The notes: a model not told the origin generated them from the letters alone. A DNA stretch of 64,000 nucleotides from Octopus vulgaris (GCA_951406725.2 OX597831.1:49290001-49354000), one strand, 5' to 3'; shown: positions 27,227 to 42,510, counted from the stretch's first letter. Made by a program: numbers and translations.

Positions 27227-28127
27227 TTCATACATACATTCATACATACGTACATACATACATACACACATACACATGTATATTATATATATATGTATGT
27301 ACGTATGTATGAATAATATATATGTACATTATATATACATATTATTCATACATACATACATTCATACATATGTACATACATACATTCATATATATGCACA
27401 CACATACGCAAAGACACACACGTACACACACACACATATATATATGTACATACATACACACATAGATAGACACACACATGCACACACACTCACACACAAT
27501 TTAAGTATATTATTGGGGAATGTGTATAATCGATTATATCGACCTCAATACCTTACTGATAATTAAGCTTACCGACCACTAAAGTATGTAAGGTGAAGTT
27601 GATCAGGATTTCGAGCAAGGAACACAGGAACGTAACTAAATATCACAAAGCATTCTTTTCATAATCGCTCAACTGATGCTAAACTAACGAAAGAAAAAAA
27701 AATGCAAATGTACACAAACACACGCACACAAACGTTTCATTTTCAATGAGTAGTATCCATTTAAGTATCACTGTGATTTAACCTCGAGTCAATTTTGATT
27801 GAAAGCATTCTGGCAGCGAACATTTATTATTTGTTTTAGACAGACAAAGTGTATCTACAACTATATCTAATATGACCTTTCTTGTTTCAAGATAGCGTTC
27901 AGTTATATAAGGAAAATTTGGTTGTTATATCTGGAAGATCTAACGATTACTTAGTACTTAAAAGATTCCTCCTTATTTCGTTTAGGTTGTGTAATGCTAT
28001 GCTGTACATTAATTGACTAACAGACATTATGGTGATAAGATGTAAAAATATCAATGAAAAGTATTCCTTTAATTTAAGATTTTATCTTCATAGGAGATTA
28101 AGTGTAAACAGTAGCTAAGATTACTAA

Positions 28128-28541
28128 ATAGCGAGCTGGTAGAAGCGTTAGCACACCGGGCGAAATGCTTAGCGGTATTTCGTCTGCCGTTATGTTCTGA
28201 GTTCAAATTCCACCGAGGTCGACTTTGCCTTTCATCCTTTCGGGGTCGATTAAATAAGTACCAGTTACGCACTGGGGTCGATGTAATCGACTTAATCCGT
28301 TTGTCTGTCCTTGTTTGTTCCTCTCTGTGTGTAGCCCCTTGTGGGTAGTAAAGGAATAGGTATTTCGTCTGCAGCTACGTTCTGAGTTCAAATTCCGCCG
28401 AGGTCGACTTTGCCTTTCATCCTTTCGGGGTTTATTAAATAAGTACCAGTTACGCACTGGATTCGATATAATCGACTTAATCCGTTTGTCTGTCCTTGTT
28501 TGTCCCCTCTGTGTGTAGCCCCTTGTGTGCAGTAAAGAAAT
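28128..28541 (+). mobile_element. SINE family C head-to-tail dimer
   Basis: The second unit starts internally at GGTATTTCGTCTG (about 28359), directly after the first unit's tail. Confidence 0.85.
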
Positions 28542-29319
28542 AAGATTATGTTACATTTAAACAAGCTCTATGAGTTCAAGTTACCCAGATATAAAATAAA
28601 ATTTTTGTCACCCGGGCCTGTTCTTTGGTCCACAAAGGCGAAGTATAGATTTTTTGTAAATGATGAAACAGTACTGAGAATATAGGTTAGCAGGTGGGTG
28701 GGGGTGATGAAGGAGGATGAAGAAACTTGGTCTTGTGTCGGCGTTAACTCAGGACGAGTTGAAGCAGTTCTATCTTGCAAATCTGAAATGTCACGAACAC
28801 AAGCCATTCATGCTCAGTGATCACAGACTTTTGACATGAAAATTGTCAACTGGTCGCAATCTCAAAGATGGACATCATACAAACGAAGAAGGGACATCGA
28901 TTAAAGGCCAGATTTGATCATACTAATCCTTGCTTTCAGGTGTCCGCCTCGCTGTTGATGCCATCCTAGAGAGATTTTGGCTCGTCTACATCACAAATGA
29001 GTTTGTCCTATGAACGACCGAATAGCGGCCAACCAACGGCAGCGCCTTTTGGGCAAGATGATGAACTTCAAAGTTTCATACAAAATCCAAATTGTTAAAG
29101 CGGAAGAATCGCTGAAGGCAAAAGCGGTCAAATATTTGCAACATGTCCAAGCCTGCAGTCGGATACAGGATGGTGCAAATGTTTTTGTGAACAAAGTCAG
29201 CATCGAAGAAAACAGAATGTAGCACGCATAGAGGTGACATAAACATCTCTCTCTTTCTCTCTCTGCCTCAATCTCTCTCTTTCTCTCTGCCTCAATCTCT
29301 CTCTCTCTCTCTCTCTACC

Positions 29320-29985
29320 TCTCTTAGCTCTTAGATCCGCCAGTGCTGTCAGCAAAACGGGCAACAAGCCTTATCCAATCATCTCGATTGCTGGCTTTCT
29401 TCTTAGTTCCATTCGGGCCGACTTGCATCGCTATCATGTCATCTCGGAACGTACAGCACCACCTCTTACTTGATCTCCCTCTCATTTATCTTTCTCCTTC
29501 TGGCGTCGACTCCATTATGATGGTAAGATATCTCTCCTGTGGTAATCGAAGCACATCGCCAGTTAGCCGTATCCGCCACTCAGCAACCTATAAACTTCCT
29601 ATTTCAGCTCTTCGTTTCTCACTTTGTCTCGGTAAGAGATGCCCAGAATTGAACGTATGCAATGTCGATGGAAGACGTCCAGCAATTGAGCGATTTTCGC
29701 TGTCTTCTTCCTGGTTCACAAGCGTAGATGGCTGCTGCATTGCCCTCGTTGACAATACAACTTATCTACGTATCTGAGCTCCACTAATTGTCATAATTTG
29801 GGTCTTTTCAGCACTAATCGGCAGAACGGTTTTCGCCCTCAAACTATATAGGCTATCTGTCATGGCTAGCAGCATATCTCTGTCGGAGATCAGTAACGTC
29901 AAGTCGTCTGCGAAAGCCAAATTTATAAGTTTCCCAGGTTTCCACGTTTCGTAATCAGTGAAATAGTTTTTACCCAAATTTCTCT
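29320..29985 (-). mobile_element. decayed RTE-clade LINE 3' portion
   Basis: NLAFADDLTLL...PISAEKTQIM (RT motif), C-terminal GDVLR...TPEG..RGR..W..TFRDDM...NRDDWIRLV, and short repeat tail CTAAGAGCTAAGAG. Confidence 0.75.
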
Positions 29986-29986
29986 G

Positions 29987-30186
29987 TAGGCACCCTCACA
30001 TTACGGAAGCGATGCGGTCTTGAAAATCTCGTGGTAACATAGAATTTCGTAACGTGAAATCAAATTTCCTGTTGAATTCCATAATACATAGCAGTCGAGA
30101 GCAAAATACATTTCGCGTTACGAAATTCCACATTACGGTGATATTTTCAGGAACGCAATGCCTCCATAACGCAAGGACTGACTGTA
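29987..30186. mobile_element. Tigger/pogo-like MITE
   Basis: Imperfect terminal and subterminal inverted repeats (GAATTTCGTAACGTGAAAT / ATTTCGCGTTACGAAATTC); right end ...GACTGACTG|TA. Confidence 0.6.
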
Positions 30187-30225
30187 TTCTTTCGATCATT
30201 CAAAGATCTGGTAAATACTACGATA

Positions 30226-30322
<97 letters not shown>

Positions 30323-31038
30323 TTACGCATCGCCGAAGAGCTCTAACAATAACGAAACGTAAGAAATTGTCATCTTACTGAAGATAAAAACTCACTTCCT
30401 ACAGCCTGCCTCACTCCACCGATTGAAGTTTTGATAAATTTAGGCTTCAGAATTAACTCATCTTCTTTTTGGACAACAATCTATGATTAATACTATTAAC
30501 TTGTCTCTTCATTATCTGTTTCATTTTTTCTTTTAGCTCACTACATTAAATATTATATTCGCACTTAAGTACGCGTTTATAATAATCTGCTGACTTATAA
30601 TTGTGTAAAAATTTGCAGCTTAAAGCATACGGTTTGAATAAATTTTATAGATTCAGTGTTCCGTCTTCAGTAGATTACGCTTTCAGTGGTTATTTTCCTG
30701 AACTACCGTTCCAATTCCAGACAGCTAAATTACACAGATTATACAAAATCCCTTTTATGCTGTCTAAAACAATTTATTTAACGATCGTTTGTGCCAGAAG
30801 CTTAAAATCTCCAACTGAACCCTGCATTCAATGATTGTACATGTGATCACCATGTTATTAACTCTTCTATAATGATATCAGGACTTCAGTATCCTTTATG
30901 TTAGTAAAATTACCTTCAGACTGGACGGTTTTTGGACGTAATATCACAGGCGGCTGATGTCCTTGGCTTTCTGTTAAAAGATCATTGAACCAATAAAAAC
31001 GTTTTTTCACAACAACAACAACAACAACAACAATAAGA

Positions 31039-31112
<74 letters not shown>

Positions 31113-32043
31113 AAGATAGCTCATGATGCCTCTGTATATGTTATCTTTATCGAAATGCATTTCTTGTATGTGGACCTAACATACAAACACACTCGCACAG
31201 ATATATCGCATACACAAATGAAATAGTTACGCGTATGTCTATATATTGTATATTATTTGTTTATTACATTTTATTCTTAAAGAAGATATAAGTTTTCAGT
31301 ACCCCTATAAAAACGATCAAAATATATTTTCCTGACCTAACGAAATTGCTCCAATAAAAGTTCATCTTACTAGTTATTGTTGTTGTTGTTTAGTTTAAAA
31401 CAATTCTAGCCTTTATTACCCAGTCTTTGTTTCACGAATTGTGTACCTCAGACTATATCATCCGAAGTATCAATTTTTTTAGAGAGAGCAAGGTATGATT
31501 TGAATGTATTTTACTACGTCTAGCAGGCTGACGACAGCTTAGAGGCATCTTCATTGGCACGTTAATTCATGCGAGCATGAATTTCTGGTATCGACTGAAA
31601 ACATAGCCCATCTAACTAATGTTGACACCAATAGTTGACAATTTACATCGCAAGATTGTAATTTGTTTTCAGAAAGAGATTTTCATGTGAAATTATGTTC
31701 CAAAATGAAATTTCATTATATTTTACATAGGCCACTACCAACTGCTTCATGCCTTCTTGTGACGTCATGCTAGCATTGGTGATTCGTAAACCATCAAACC
31801 AACGAGAGATTTTTTTGTGTAGTCACTCAATCTGTCAGAAGGAGTTGTTAGATCTCTCTCAAATCACAACCCACTGCCTTATAAATAAAACAAGCACGTT
31901 AGCCACAATAGTTTTATATATATATATATATATATATATACAAAAAACGGCGGGATAGTCATGGCTGTAATGTCTTCTATCGACACAATCTGATGTAACT
32001 TTGGGCTATACAACAATAACAACAACAACAAAAACATCAACAA

Positions 32044-32075
<32 letters not shown>

Positions 32076-33012
32076 GCAACAACGACTGTTATTCTTGAGT
32101 TATCTCAGATGTTCTACCCAGTCTGACAACATTTTCAGACGCAGAGTTTTGAAAAAGTAATACACACCATTTTAGCGCGATGTCGTCAACATAATGAAGT
32201 AAAAAAAAGGACAGGCGGTTACTATTACTCCAATTCCTTGAATTAAAGGGATGTGAAGTGTATTTTCTACGGACTGAATGCTTGTCTGTGTTCTTCATGT
32301 TCCATTCGAATTAAGTATACTGTCCAAACGAGACAAAACTAAGAAACGTTTTGAGAAGTTAGAGTATAAACGCATAGTCTAAAGAGTTATTGCAATCAAT
32401 AGCTTATCCAGTCGGATAACTCACCTTTAAGCACTTCCTCTCTATGTTCTCTATTGTTACATGCATGCTCAAATATGTGAAGAAGTTACCCACATTTCCT
32501 TGTGATCTTCCACAGACCTCGGCAGAATTTGAATTATTGGTGAAATTTTGCAAAGTTATTGTTTTGTCTGCCAATATTCACGCCAAACACCAGACACACT
32601 TCCCACAGTATGTTGTCTCTATCTAATTTTTATCAATTAAAAATCTCGGATTTGACTCCCTCACCTGCCGTGATGAAACTCATTAACGCTAATGACTCGT
32701 CTTCTCATTAAAGATTTAATTTCAATTGTCTAAATATTATTTTTTTTAGCTTAGAACACTGTTAGCAAGCATTTAACTTCGCATATATTCTGTACTGTTA
32801 TTAAACCCGTATTTTTCTCTTATAGATGGTTTCGTTCAACAGAAAATATTGCCAGATTATCTGTAAAATGCAGATCTTTTCAAGGAAACAGAAATTATAA
32901 ACTGCACATCCATATGTTTATATGATTTTTAAAAATCAACTATCATAGAATCATGCAATTAGGAGGATTGTAGATAGCGAATGCAGTCCAGTCATTAATA
33001 TATTACCGTCGT

Positions 33013-33227
33013 AAGGCGGCGATTAGGCAGAATCGTTTGCAAGCCGAGCAAAACGCTTAGCGGCATTTCGTCCGTCTTTATGTTCTGAGTTCAAATTCTG
33101 CCGCGGTCAGCTTTGTCTTCCCTTCCTTCCAGGTCGATGAAATAAGTATCAGTTGAGTACTGGGGTCCATGTAATCGACCTATCCCCTTCCTCGCAATTG
33201 TTGGCCTTGTGCCAAAATTTGAAACCA
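33013..33227 (+). mobile_element. SINE family C (alternative tail)
   Basis: Flanked by direct repeat AATATATTACCGTCGTAAGG; tail GGCCTTGTGCCAAAATTTGAAACC. Confidence 0.85.
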
Positions 33228-34893
33228 ATATATTACCGTCGTAAGGAGGATGCAAAAAGCTTTCATGTCTCAAGATTTTTTAGAATCTATTCTGACATAT
33301 TCAAAAGAAAATTTTAAGCTCAACAACATTTCACGTCCATCGCTACAAGCCCAAAATTTCTACCCGCCCCATCCTTGTAGCGTCCGATATTAACAATAAA
33401 AGAATGAAGCCCAAAGTTGGGAACTTAGTACTGGCTTACTAATACAGACTTCTGGAGATCAGCAAAATATCATTATCATTATCGTCCTCGTTGCCGCCAC
33501 TGCCATTAGCGCCAGCACCAGAAACAGTTGAGGCTACGTCACCACCATAAAGTAGCACTTCATGATGGTGCAACAATTATGTCAACTTTATTCAAATTTC
33601 TTTTCTTCAAACTGCAAAAACCACGACGACGACGACGACGACCACGACGACCACGACCACCACGACCACCACCACCATCACTACGACGACGACGATAACG
33701 ACGACGACCACCACCACCGGCACAATTATGATATATGCAACAACGTCATCAACAACAGGATTGGTTTCACGAGATTTACTACGTTAATAAACCTAAGCCA
33801 TACTTTCACCGGATAGAGAACACGAAATCCTAAATATTGACTTATGTACATATTATATATAATAATCACAATTATCACTTCGAGGGATCATATTTACATC
33901 TAACCTGAACATATTATACATTAATGTTACAGTTTAATTACCTTGAGTGATCATGTTTACAAATGTCAACCAAAAATAACCAATAGGCTGTAAAGTACCC
34001 TAGCTTTTCTCACTTAGTGAGGAATTTTCTTTAAGAAAAGTGAAAATAAAGTTTAAAGTATTTTGATTGGATTTTAATTTTTGGTTTGATTTATTATAGC
34101 ATATTGGAACTTTCATAAGTGCTTGGAGACAACTGAGCTTCACTCATATGGCCCATGATTACAATCAACTGAGTAAAAATAACAAACAAGTATAAAAACG
34201 GGTTCTATGTTGCCACAAAAAACTAACGAAGAGTTACGATGCATATTAATCAGTAAATTGATGAAATAGGTATTGTTATGTTCTTGCTGGAAGCAGTTGG
34301 AACATTGTAAAATAGGCAAATTTCAATTCACATGTAACTCAATTTCAGACTCAGTGGAGCAAACTTGTTATCAAAAGCATTCTAGTCTTTATTAGAGTTC
34401 ATTCATAATATTATGTCTAGGATTACATTCTACAATGTTTATTTTCTTTACAGTGATTAAGTTGTAAAATGTGGGAGATTTGGTTGATATTTCAAGCAAG
34501 TCTTCATATCAACCACTTAGGAAATTTCTTGTTGGCTCAATAGTTATCAAAATTTTGTTTTGCTGTGCTCGAATCTTTTCATGCATATAACATATACAGA
34601 GAAGAGCTGTGTCGGATACAATCCTGCTTGACGCACTGCGCTTGCCAAAGTATTCAACCCGTATGCTACAGGATATTCCGCCATTTTGGCTACTCTCCCC
34701 ACTTAACAAATAACAAAGAACAAAGTGAATTAAAATTTATTTATTTTTTAAAAAATGTTTGTTTAATAAAATTCAATTTAAATAACAATTAAAGAAAATC
34801 GGGGAAAATATAGACAATAAGTTAAGAGGCTTTTAAAACCAAGTCTTGGTTAAATATCACAATATATGATGAACTGATAGATTTCGTCTTTCA

Positions 34894-34942
<49 letters not shown>

Positions 34943-35006
34943 TATATATATGTATATTTATATATGTATATTTATATATGTACGCATGCATATATATATA
35001 AATACG

Positions 35007-35046
<40 letters not shown>

Positions 35047-35105
35047 GCATTTATATATATATATAAATATATATATAATATATATATATGTATATCTATA
35101 AAATA

Positions 35106-35192
<87 letters not shown>

Positions 35193-35494
35193 GAAATTAT
35201 ATATATATATTTATGCATATATAAATAATTATATATTTATATGCTTATATATATAATTTTATATATATATATATGTATGTATGTATGTATGTAAAAACAA
35301 CTTTTTTAAATGCATAAAAACCACAAACTGTAACAGAAAAAAAAGACTCAATACAGGTGTAAAGTCTAATGTTTATTCTAACTTTTTGACACTGACTTCC
35401 AAGCCTGTAAGAACTTAAGGAATCAGTCTGCGTAAGCTATTCCAGGCCAAAAACTGAAAATCAGTCATGGATATATACATACATATATGCATAC

Positions 35495-35545
<51 letters not shown>

Positions 35546-35585
35546 CATATATGTGCACATATATATATGTGTGTATATATATATG

Positions 35586-35674
<89 letters not shown>

Positions 35675-36252
35675 ATATATAATATTGTATATCATTAAAT
35701 AGTACTAGATCATATTATATTGATTTTTTTAATATTGCTTACTGTTGTAAAGCAACGACGGCAACAATATTAACAAATAAACACAACAACGATATTAATA
35801 ACAATAATAACAACAGCACCAGCAGCAGCAGCATCGGTAAAATTCAATTCACGAAGTAAAAAAAAAAACACCCAAAAAAACCCCAGAAAGGTAAACAGCA
35901 ACGATAAATAGTAAAATAACAACTGCAGTAATTACAATACTGACATCGGAAAAGCCGTAGATTTTTTAGAAGAGGGAGCATATATGAATATGTATGACGT
36001 CCATGTTTTTCTCAAAGGAAATGCAGCTTATATATATATATATAGATGCATATTTGTTGGGTGAGTTATTTACAGTAGGATATTCAACAAAACTGGGTTG
36101 TTAGGGTAGAATCAGTTTGTTAGGAGGTTGGTTTGTTTATCTACCTTACATCGTTTACCACCGTCAATCACGACAAAAAAAATATTATTACAAGTATGTA
36201 GGTATGTATGATTATATGTCTCTGTGTATACACATTAGATACATACATATAT

Positions 36253-36297
<45 letters not shown>

Positions 36298-36354
36298 CAT
36301 TGTATTCAAATATATGTATGTATATATGTGTGTGTATGTATGTATATAAATATA

Positions 36355-36405
<51 letters not shown>

Positions 36406-36465
36406 CCATATAAAAATATATATGTATGAATGTATATATGTATATATATATGCATATATATGTGT

Positions 36466-36518
<53 letters not shown>

Positions 36519-36597
36519 CCAGGTGGTGCTATTAAGTTAGACATGGCCTGGGCCAATAATGGCCGAAACCTATCAAAGTATCAAAGTATACATACAC

Positions 36598-36649
<52 letters not shown>

Positions 36650-37319
36650 TTATATATATACACCCACACCAGGTGCATATATTGTTTTTACATACATTTG
36701 TGTGCAGAAGGAAGAGGAAAAATAAATAGTTAAAATATATTAGTGTCTTTTATATACACGCACACGTGCACACACGCACGCACTCGCACACACACTCACA
36801 CACACGCACACACACACACACACGCACACATACATATTCTGTTGTTCAGTAAAACTCTAGAAAAGAAGTATTCAATACACATGTATGGTGCAGTAGTTTG
36901 TCACAGAGTTTCTCAGCAATCCCAGTGTAACAGACCACTGAAGCCAAAAACAAAAAAAAAAATTCTCTCGTTCTCTCTCTCTCTCTCTCTCTCTTCTCAT
37001 GTAAATACATACACACGCACAAACACATATATACATAGCTACAAACATATATACATATTGACATAAATTGGTTCACCTGCCAGTAATTAGGTCTCTCGAA
37101 GTCCCATTTTAAATTCTGTTAGGCCTTTTGCAGGGAGAAGCCTCAATGCGTGTCAGAATTTGAAAAATGTAGTTGTGAATGAGGAGGCCTCGCTGTCTTG
37201 ACGAAGGACCAACAAGAATGTTTAAAGAAGTAATAACTTGAAATGAGGTCGACTGATTTTTTTTAACGCGGAGGACGTTTAGTATTGACAACAACATATG
37301 CACATTCAAATTGGCATGC

Positions 37320-37400
37320 GTCGACACTCATCAGCGCTCATCGGCGTACATCGACGAACATCGGCGCATATCGGCGCACATCGGTGCACATCGGCATCCA
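37320..37400. repeat. 10-bp minisatellite (CATCGGCGCA-like), about 8 units
   Basis: CATCAGCGCT CATCGGCGTA CATCGACGAA CATCGGCGCA TATCGGCGCA CATCGGTGCA CATCGGCATC. Confidence 0.85.
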
Positions 37401-37433
37401 CATACTAGTACTGATTACAAAACACAGACATTC

Positions 37434-37551
<118 letters not shown>

Positions 37552-37884
37552 CGCACTCTATTGTTTGTCTATATTCTTTGCACAAAAACGTCCTCAACTG
37601 AAGCATGAGGCCATTTGCGTAAAATAGAATATAATATTGGGTATATGATTATAGCTACCTCATTATCTGCGCACAAATACACAGCTAATGAGTGGGACTG
37701 CATGGGCCGCACTCGAGTCGCTAGAAATAGCAGCAAAATCTCACTCAAAACACAAATGGTCACAGCGGATAGTGTAGTCCTTGTTATACTGTGCCACATA
37801 AAACAAAACAAGGAAAAGAAAACAAAAGCAAAAAAAAAATAGAAACAAACAAAAAAAATCAAAGGCCGAAATGCCTTTGTTCTT

Positions 37885-38075
37885 TTATCTTCTACTAGTT
37901 ACAGTTGTTGAGCTGCGGCCATACTGGGGCACCATCTCAAAGGGTTTTTGTCGAACAAATCGACTCCAGTACTTATTTATTTTAAAGTTTAGTAGTTGGT
38001 CTACCAATATCTTTTTGCCGAGCCGCAAGGTTACGGGGACGTAAACAAGCCAACACCAGTTACCAAGCGGTATTG
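37885..38075 (-). mobile_element. SINE family D, 3' half (diverged)
   Basis: CTGCGGCCATACTGGGGCACC tail and TTTTTGCCGAGCCGC..TTACGGGGACGTAAAC body. Confidence 0.7.
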
Positions 38076-39351
38076 GTTTGTTTACGCGCGCGCACTCGCA
38101 CACACGCGCTGCACACACTCATACGTAAATATATATATATATATATAAACCAAATACTGTTTTCTTCCTTTACACACACACGCACACACACACACATACA
38201 CACGCACGCACACACACACACAACTCGCACGCACGCATACACATACATGTGTGTGTGTGTGTGTGTGTGTGAACAGGGCTTATTGGCCCTGATAGGTGTG
38301 GACAGCATTCCTGAGTGGGGCGTGTTAAAACTTTTTAAAGGTTATTATTGTTTCTGGGCCCAAACCCAAATCTTTATGATGTAATGGTAATTAATTAATT
38401 TGTGATAATAACTTGTGATAACAAGTTGTGATGAGTATAAATTGTTATTTGGTAGTGAGATTTACACTAATACACAGAGGTGCATTCATTAACACGTATA
38501 TAATTTACATCAAGTATACATATACATATAATTCTGACCGATATCTTGTCATTATTAGAAGCTTGCTTCCCAAACACATGGTTCCGGGTTCAGTCTCACT
38601 GCGTGGCACCTTGGGCAAGTGTATTTTACTGGTAATTTATTATAACGATCCAGAAAGGATGAAAGGTAATTTTGGCTTTGACGGGTTTAAACGTAGAATG
38701 TAAGGATCTAGAATAAATACTCTAAGAGATTTTGTCTAACGCTCTAAAAGTTCTACAATTAACGATTTTTTAATATTTTTTCATAAGAGCAATGGGTCAG
38801 GGGATATTACACGGGAAAACGGTGGAATCGATTATGCAGAATCGTTTATGAAAAGAACAAAGGCAATGACAAATAAGACAGGGAAACTAAAAAATACAAA
38901 ACTATTTGATGTGAGATGCCTCAATAGGAGAACACCCTTCAAAAACTAATTAGGAAGCTCCACAATTCCAGAATTACCTTAGCTACCAAGAGCATGTGCT
39001 CCCTCCAAGAAGTATTTTTCAATCTACTGGTTCATCGTACAATAAGTTCATACTCACGAACCATTCTCATCTTATCGCTCACTTTTCTGAAAAATTTCAC
39101 TGGAAGGCAGCATCTCTCTCTCTCTTTCTCTCTCCATCCTCACTTTTGTCTCCAGCTTCCGCTTGAAGAAGTTCGTGGGGGTTATGGTCAAAGAGGCAAG
39201 CGCCGATATTGAATCCTTTCAATGTTGCCTACTATGCAGTTTCTTTCAAAATGTTCTCTAGAAAGACGAAATCTGCATGTTCATTTTTGGCCAAATGAAA
39301 GTTGCAGGTTTGATTCTCACGATAGATTCGCTTCCTAGTCGGATCTGTTCT

Positions 39352-40198
39352 AGATAATCCCCAACTCTCGGGCCGTGGATCACTTGGTACCGGACCGCGC
39401 AAAAAAAAGTATTCATTTAAAAATATTATTTCTATTTTATTGACTATCGCGGCCCGCAGGATGTTTTATTTTGAAAAGTTACCACATCTATCTGTGCCTC
39501 TTTCTCGCACTTGTCTTGAGTCATAATTTTTTCCATGCACCTGTAAATTAAATCCACAAGCTAACTGTAACAATAATATGGACCCTAAATTCCTTTTTGT
39601 GTATATCACAATGTAATAATAATAGAAATAAAGTGCATAATACAGAATGTAATAATTTCATTTGCATTCGTCTGTATTTATTCGTATTCGAGTAGTTAAT
39701 CTGTAACGAATGATTGATCCTCTTCATCCTAATGGGTACGAAGGTTGCCGGTGCTTGAGATGGCTGTTCAGGCCACGGTACTTTAAAAGTGTCGGGGAGC
39801 ATTTATCGCAGGAGAGGATTGGCGGAGGAGGAGGAAGTGTGAGTTGCTCTTAACGTCTTATTCGTTAGATCTCAGCCCCATGATGTCTGTTATTTTCCAT
39901 CTGGTCCGGTCACTTGACGATGACATGCCGCTACTTTGGGTTAGTGGGCCAACGGAAGAGAGTGACCTTCAGCTAGTCTCGGAAACGGAACTCGGGGGCT
40001 CCCCGTGGTCTGGTGCCTTAGGCCAAGTCCACAAAGAGGAGTTTTCGGGGGAGGTACGTTTGTATTATATCGGTCATAATTAAATTATATGTTATGCTCT
40101 CTATTATGATTTGTCAAGAGCGCACGTTCTCCAAGTACGCGGAAAATTGTCTTGCACGAAACCAGTCCGTGGTACAAAAGAAAAGCCAGAAACCATTG
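39352..40198. mobile_element. old non-autonomous hAT (Charlie/MER1-like) element
   Basis: Left end TCCCCAACTCTCGGGCCGTGGA..GGTACCGG and right end GGAAAATTGTCTTGCACGAAACCAGTCCGTGGTACAAAA resemble MER1/Charlie3-type termini (recalled, not searched). Confidence 0.5.
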
Positions 40199-40555
40199 AT
40201 ATGCATAAATAGTTATTTGGCATAATTCCAAAATTCAGTAATGCAAGGATATAAGACGAGTACCAGCAGAACAGCTTCGTCTCCCTGCACATATCTTAGA
40301 CAAGTCCGTCTGATGGCACTACCGTTGCATGTAAAGTTTATCCTGAATCGATAATGCCCTCTGCTGTAAGCCTACTAGGCCCCCAAATATCTGGAGGATG
40401 TCCATGCACGCACTGCTGAAAGTTCTTTGAAAAGGTTGTTTTGCTGATTTTCACAGATGCCCAGAATTTAATCGAGAACGTCGTCGCATTTGGGAATCAC
40501 TTATCTTTTATAGGAGGCAAAGATTTACATATCACCTGCAGTACTACCTGATTGG

Positions 40556-40647
<92 letters not shown>

Positions 40648-41017
40648 ACTGTGATCTCTGGTGACATTTCAGGTATCGGGCGCCCAATCATGGTCATCAC
40701 TTGACCTAGTCTGTAGCTCTGTCAATGACAGAAACTGAGTGAAGTTGTCCCTCACCAACAGCAGTCGCACTGTTTCATTGTCCTGGAATTTTCGAAGATG
40801 TCACAGTCGGAGATTTGGAATTAAATGGACCTTCTGATTAGTGGACCGTGTACCTTGGTCAAACAGCGAAATAGCAGACGTACCAGCCAAGTCAGATAAA
40901 AGATGGAGCAACCTATCATGACTAGGCGGTTATAAATAGCAAATGTCACAAACGTACGTACTCAAGGCACACAAAGGTGTGTTTGGTGGAGCTGTGAATG
41001 CAGTCAATGAAAATAAG

Positions 41018-41064
<47 letters not shown>

Positions 41065-42160
41065 CGACACAAGGCCAGCTATTTTAGTGGGAGGGACATG
41101 TCGATTACATCGACCTCAAAGCTTAACTGGTACTTATTTTATCGGCCCCCAAAGGATGAAAGGCAAAGTCGACCTCGGCAGAATTTGAACTCAGAACGTA
41201 ATGACGGACGAAATGCCACTAAGCATTCTTTATTAACCACTGAAGGTTTATATAAAAAGAGAGTATGGCACAGAACAAAACAATACAAATAGAGTGGGAG
41301 TGAAACCTGTAAATAATGAATAACAATGGAAATTTTAACAATTAAAATCCTGCTGGTGGAAGCCCTGCAAAAACCACAATCCCCCGGATCTCTACGGCAA
41401 GGCTTCTCCTCTTCATCTTCCTTCGATTTAGAGACACATGCTTAGTGTAGGCTCGTTCACTCAGGCCATTCGCCCTACATCCATCCACTTTTTAACTCAT
41501 GAAATGCTGCTAAGCATTTTGTTCACCAGGCTAACGATCCTATCAGCTCGCCACTTTAATAGCAATAATAACAATGGTTTCAAATTTTGGCACAAACCCT
41601 CCATCAGTCCCGAGGAAGGGTGTAAGTCGATTAAATCGACCCCAGTATTTTTATGGTACCCATTTTATCGTACTTCTTGTACTTATTTTATCGACCCCGA
41701 ATTGATGAAGGGCAAAGCTGACCACGGCGGAGTTTGAGCTCAGAACATAAATACTGACGAAATGCCGCTAAACATTTTGCCCAGTGTGGGAACGATTGCA
41801 CCAGCTCACTATCTAAACACCAACAACAACAATCCTTTCTGCTGTAGACACACGGCCCGAAATTTGTGTGGAGAGGGTTAGTCGGTTACATCGACTTCAG
41901 TACGCAGCTGGTACTTGTTTTATCGAACCCGAAAGGATGAAAGGCAAAGTCGACCGTAGTTAAATTTGTGCTCAGAGCGTAAAAGACGGACGAAATGTCG
42001 CTAAGCATTTTGCCCGGCGTGTTAACAATTCTTCCAGCTCTCCGCCTTAACAACAACAACAACAAACAAACAAACCACAATAATGGGTTGAAATTTTGGC
42101 ACAAGGCCAGCAATTCTGGGGGAAGGGCGAGATCGATTAAATCGACCCAATGTTCAACTG
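41065..42160 (-). mobile_element. cluster of four family C SINE copies
   Basis: Copies at about 41065-41228, 41575-41810, 41835-42048 and 42085-42160, all minus strand, separated partly by (AAC)n. Confidence 0.8.
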
Positions 42161-42164
42161 TTCC

Positions 42165-42510
42165 CTTCTACTTGTTTCAGGCATTTGACCGCGGCCATGC
42201 TGGAGCACCGCCTTTAGTCGAGCAAATCGACCCCAGGACTTATTCTTTGTAAGCCTAGTACTTATTCTATCGGTCTCTTTTGCCGAACCGCTAAGTTACG
42301 GAGACGTAAACACACCAGCATCGGTTGTCAAGTTGGGAGGACAAACACACACACACACACACATATATACGACGGGCTTCTTTCACAAGGCTTTGGTCGG
42401 CTCGAGGCTATAGTAGAAGACACTTGCCCAAGGTGCTACGCAGTGGGGATGAACCCGGAACCATGTGGTTGGTAAGCAAGCTACTTACCACACAGCCACT
42501 CCTGCGCCTA
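42165..42510 (-). mobile_element. SINE family D
   Basis: Near-consensus copy with a small internal deletion. Confidence 0.85.

Noticed and set aside
33562-33816. His/Asp-rich 84-aa ORF
   Set aside because: Product of (GAC)n/(CAC)n microsatellites.
39130-40500. Possible L1/Tx1 C-terminal remnants (minus-strand FKRKLETKVRMER near 39130-39175; ALPL..CPL..H near 40315-40410)
   Set aside because: Too degenerate to support without a homology search.
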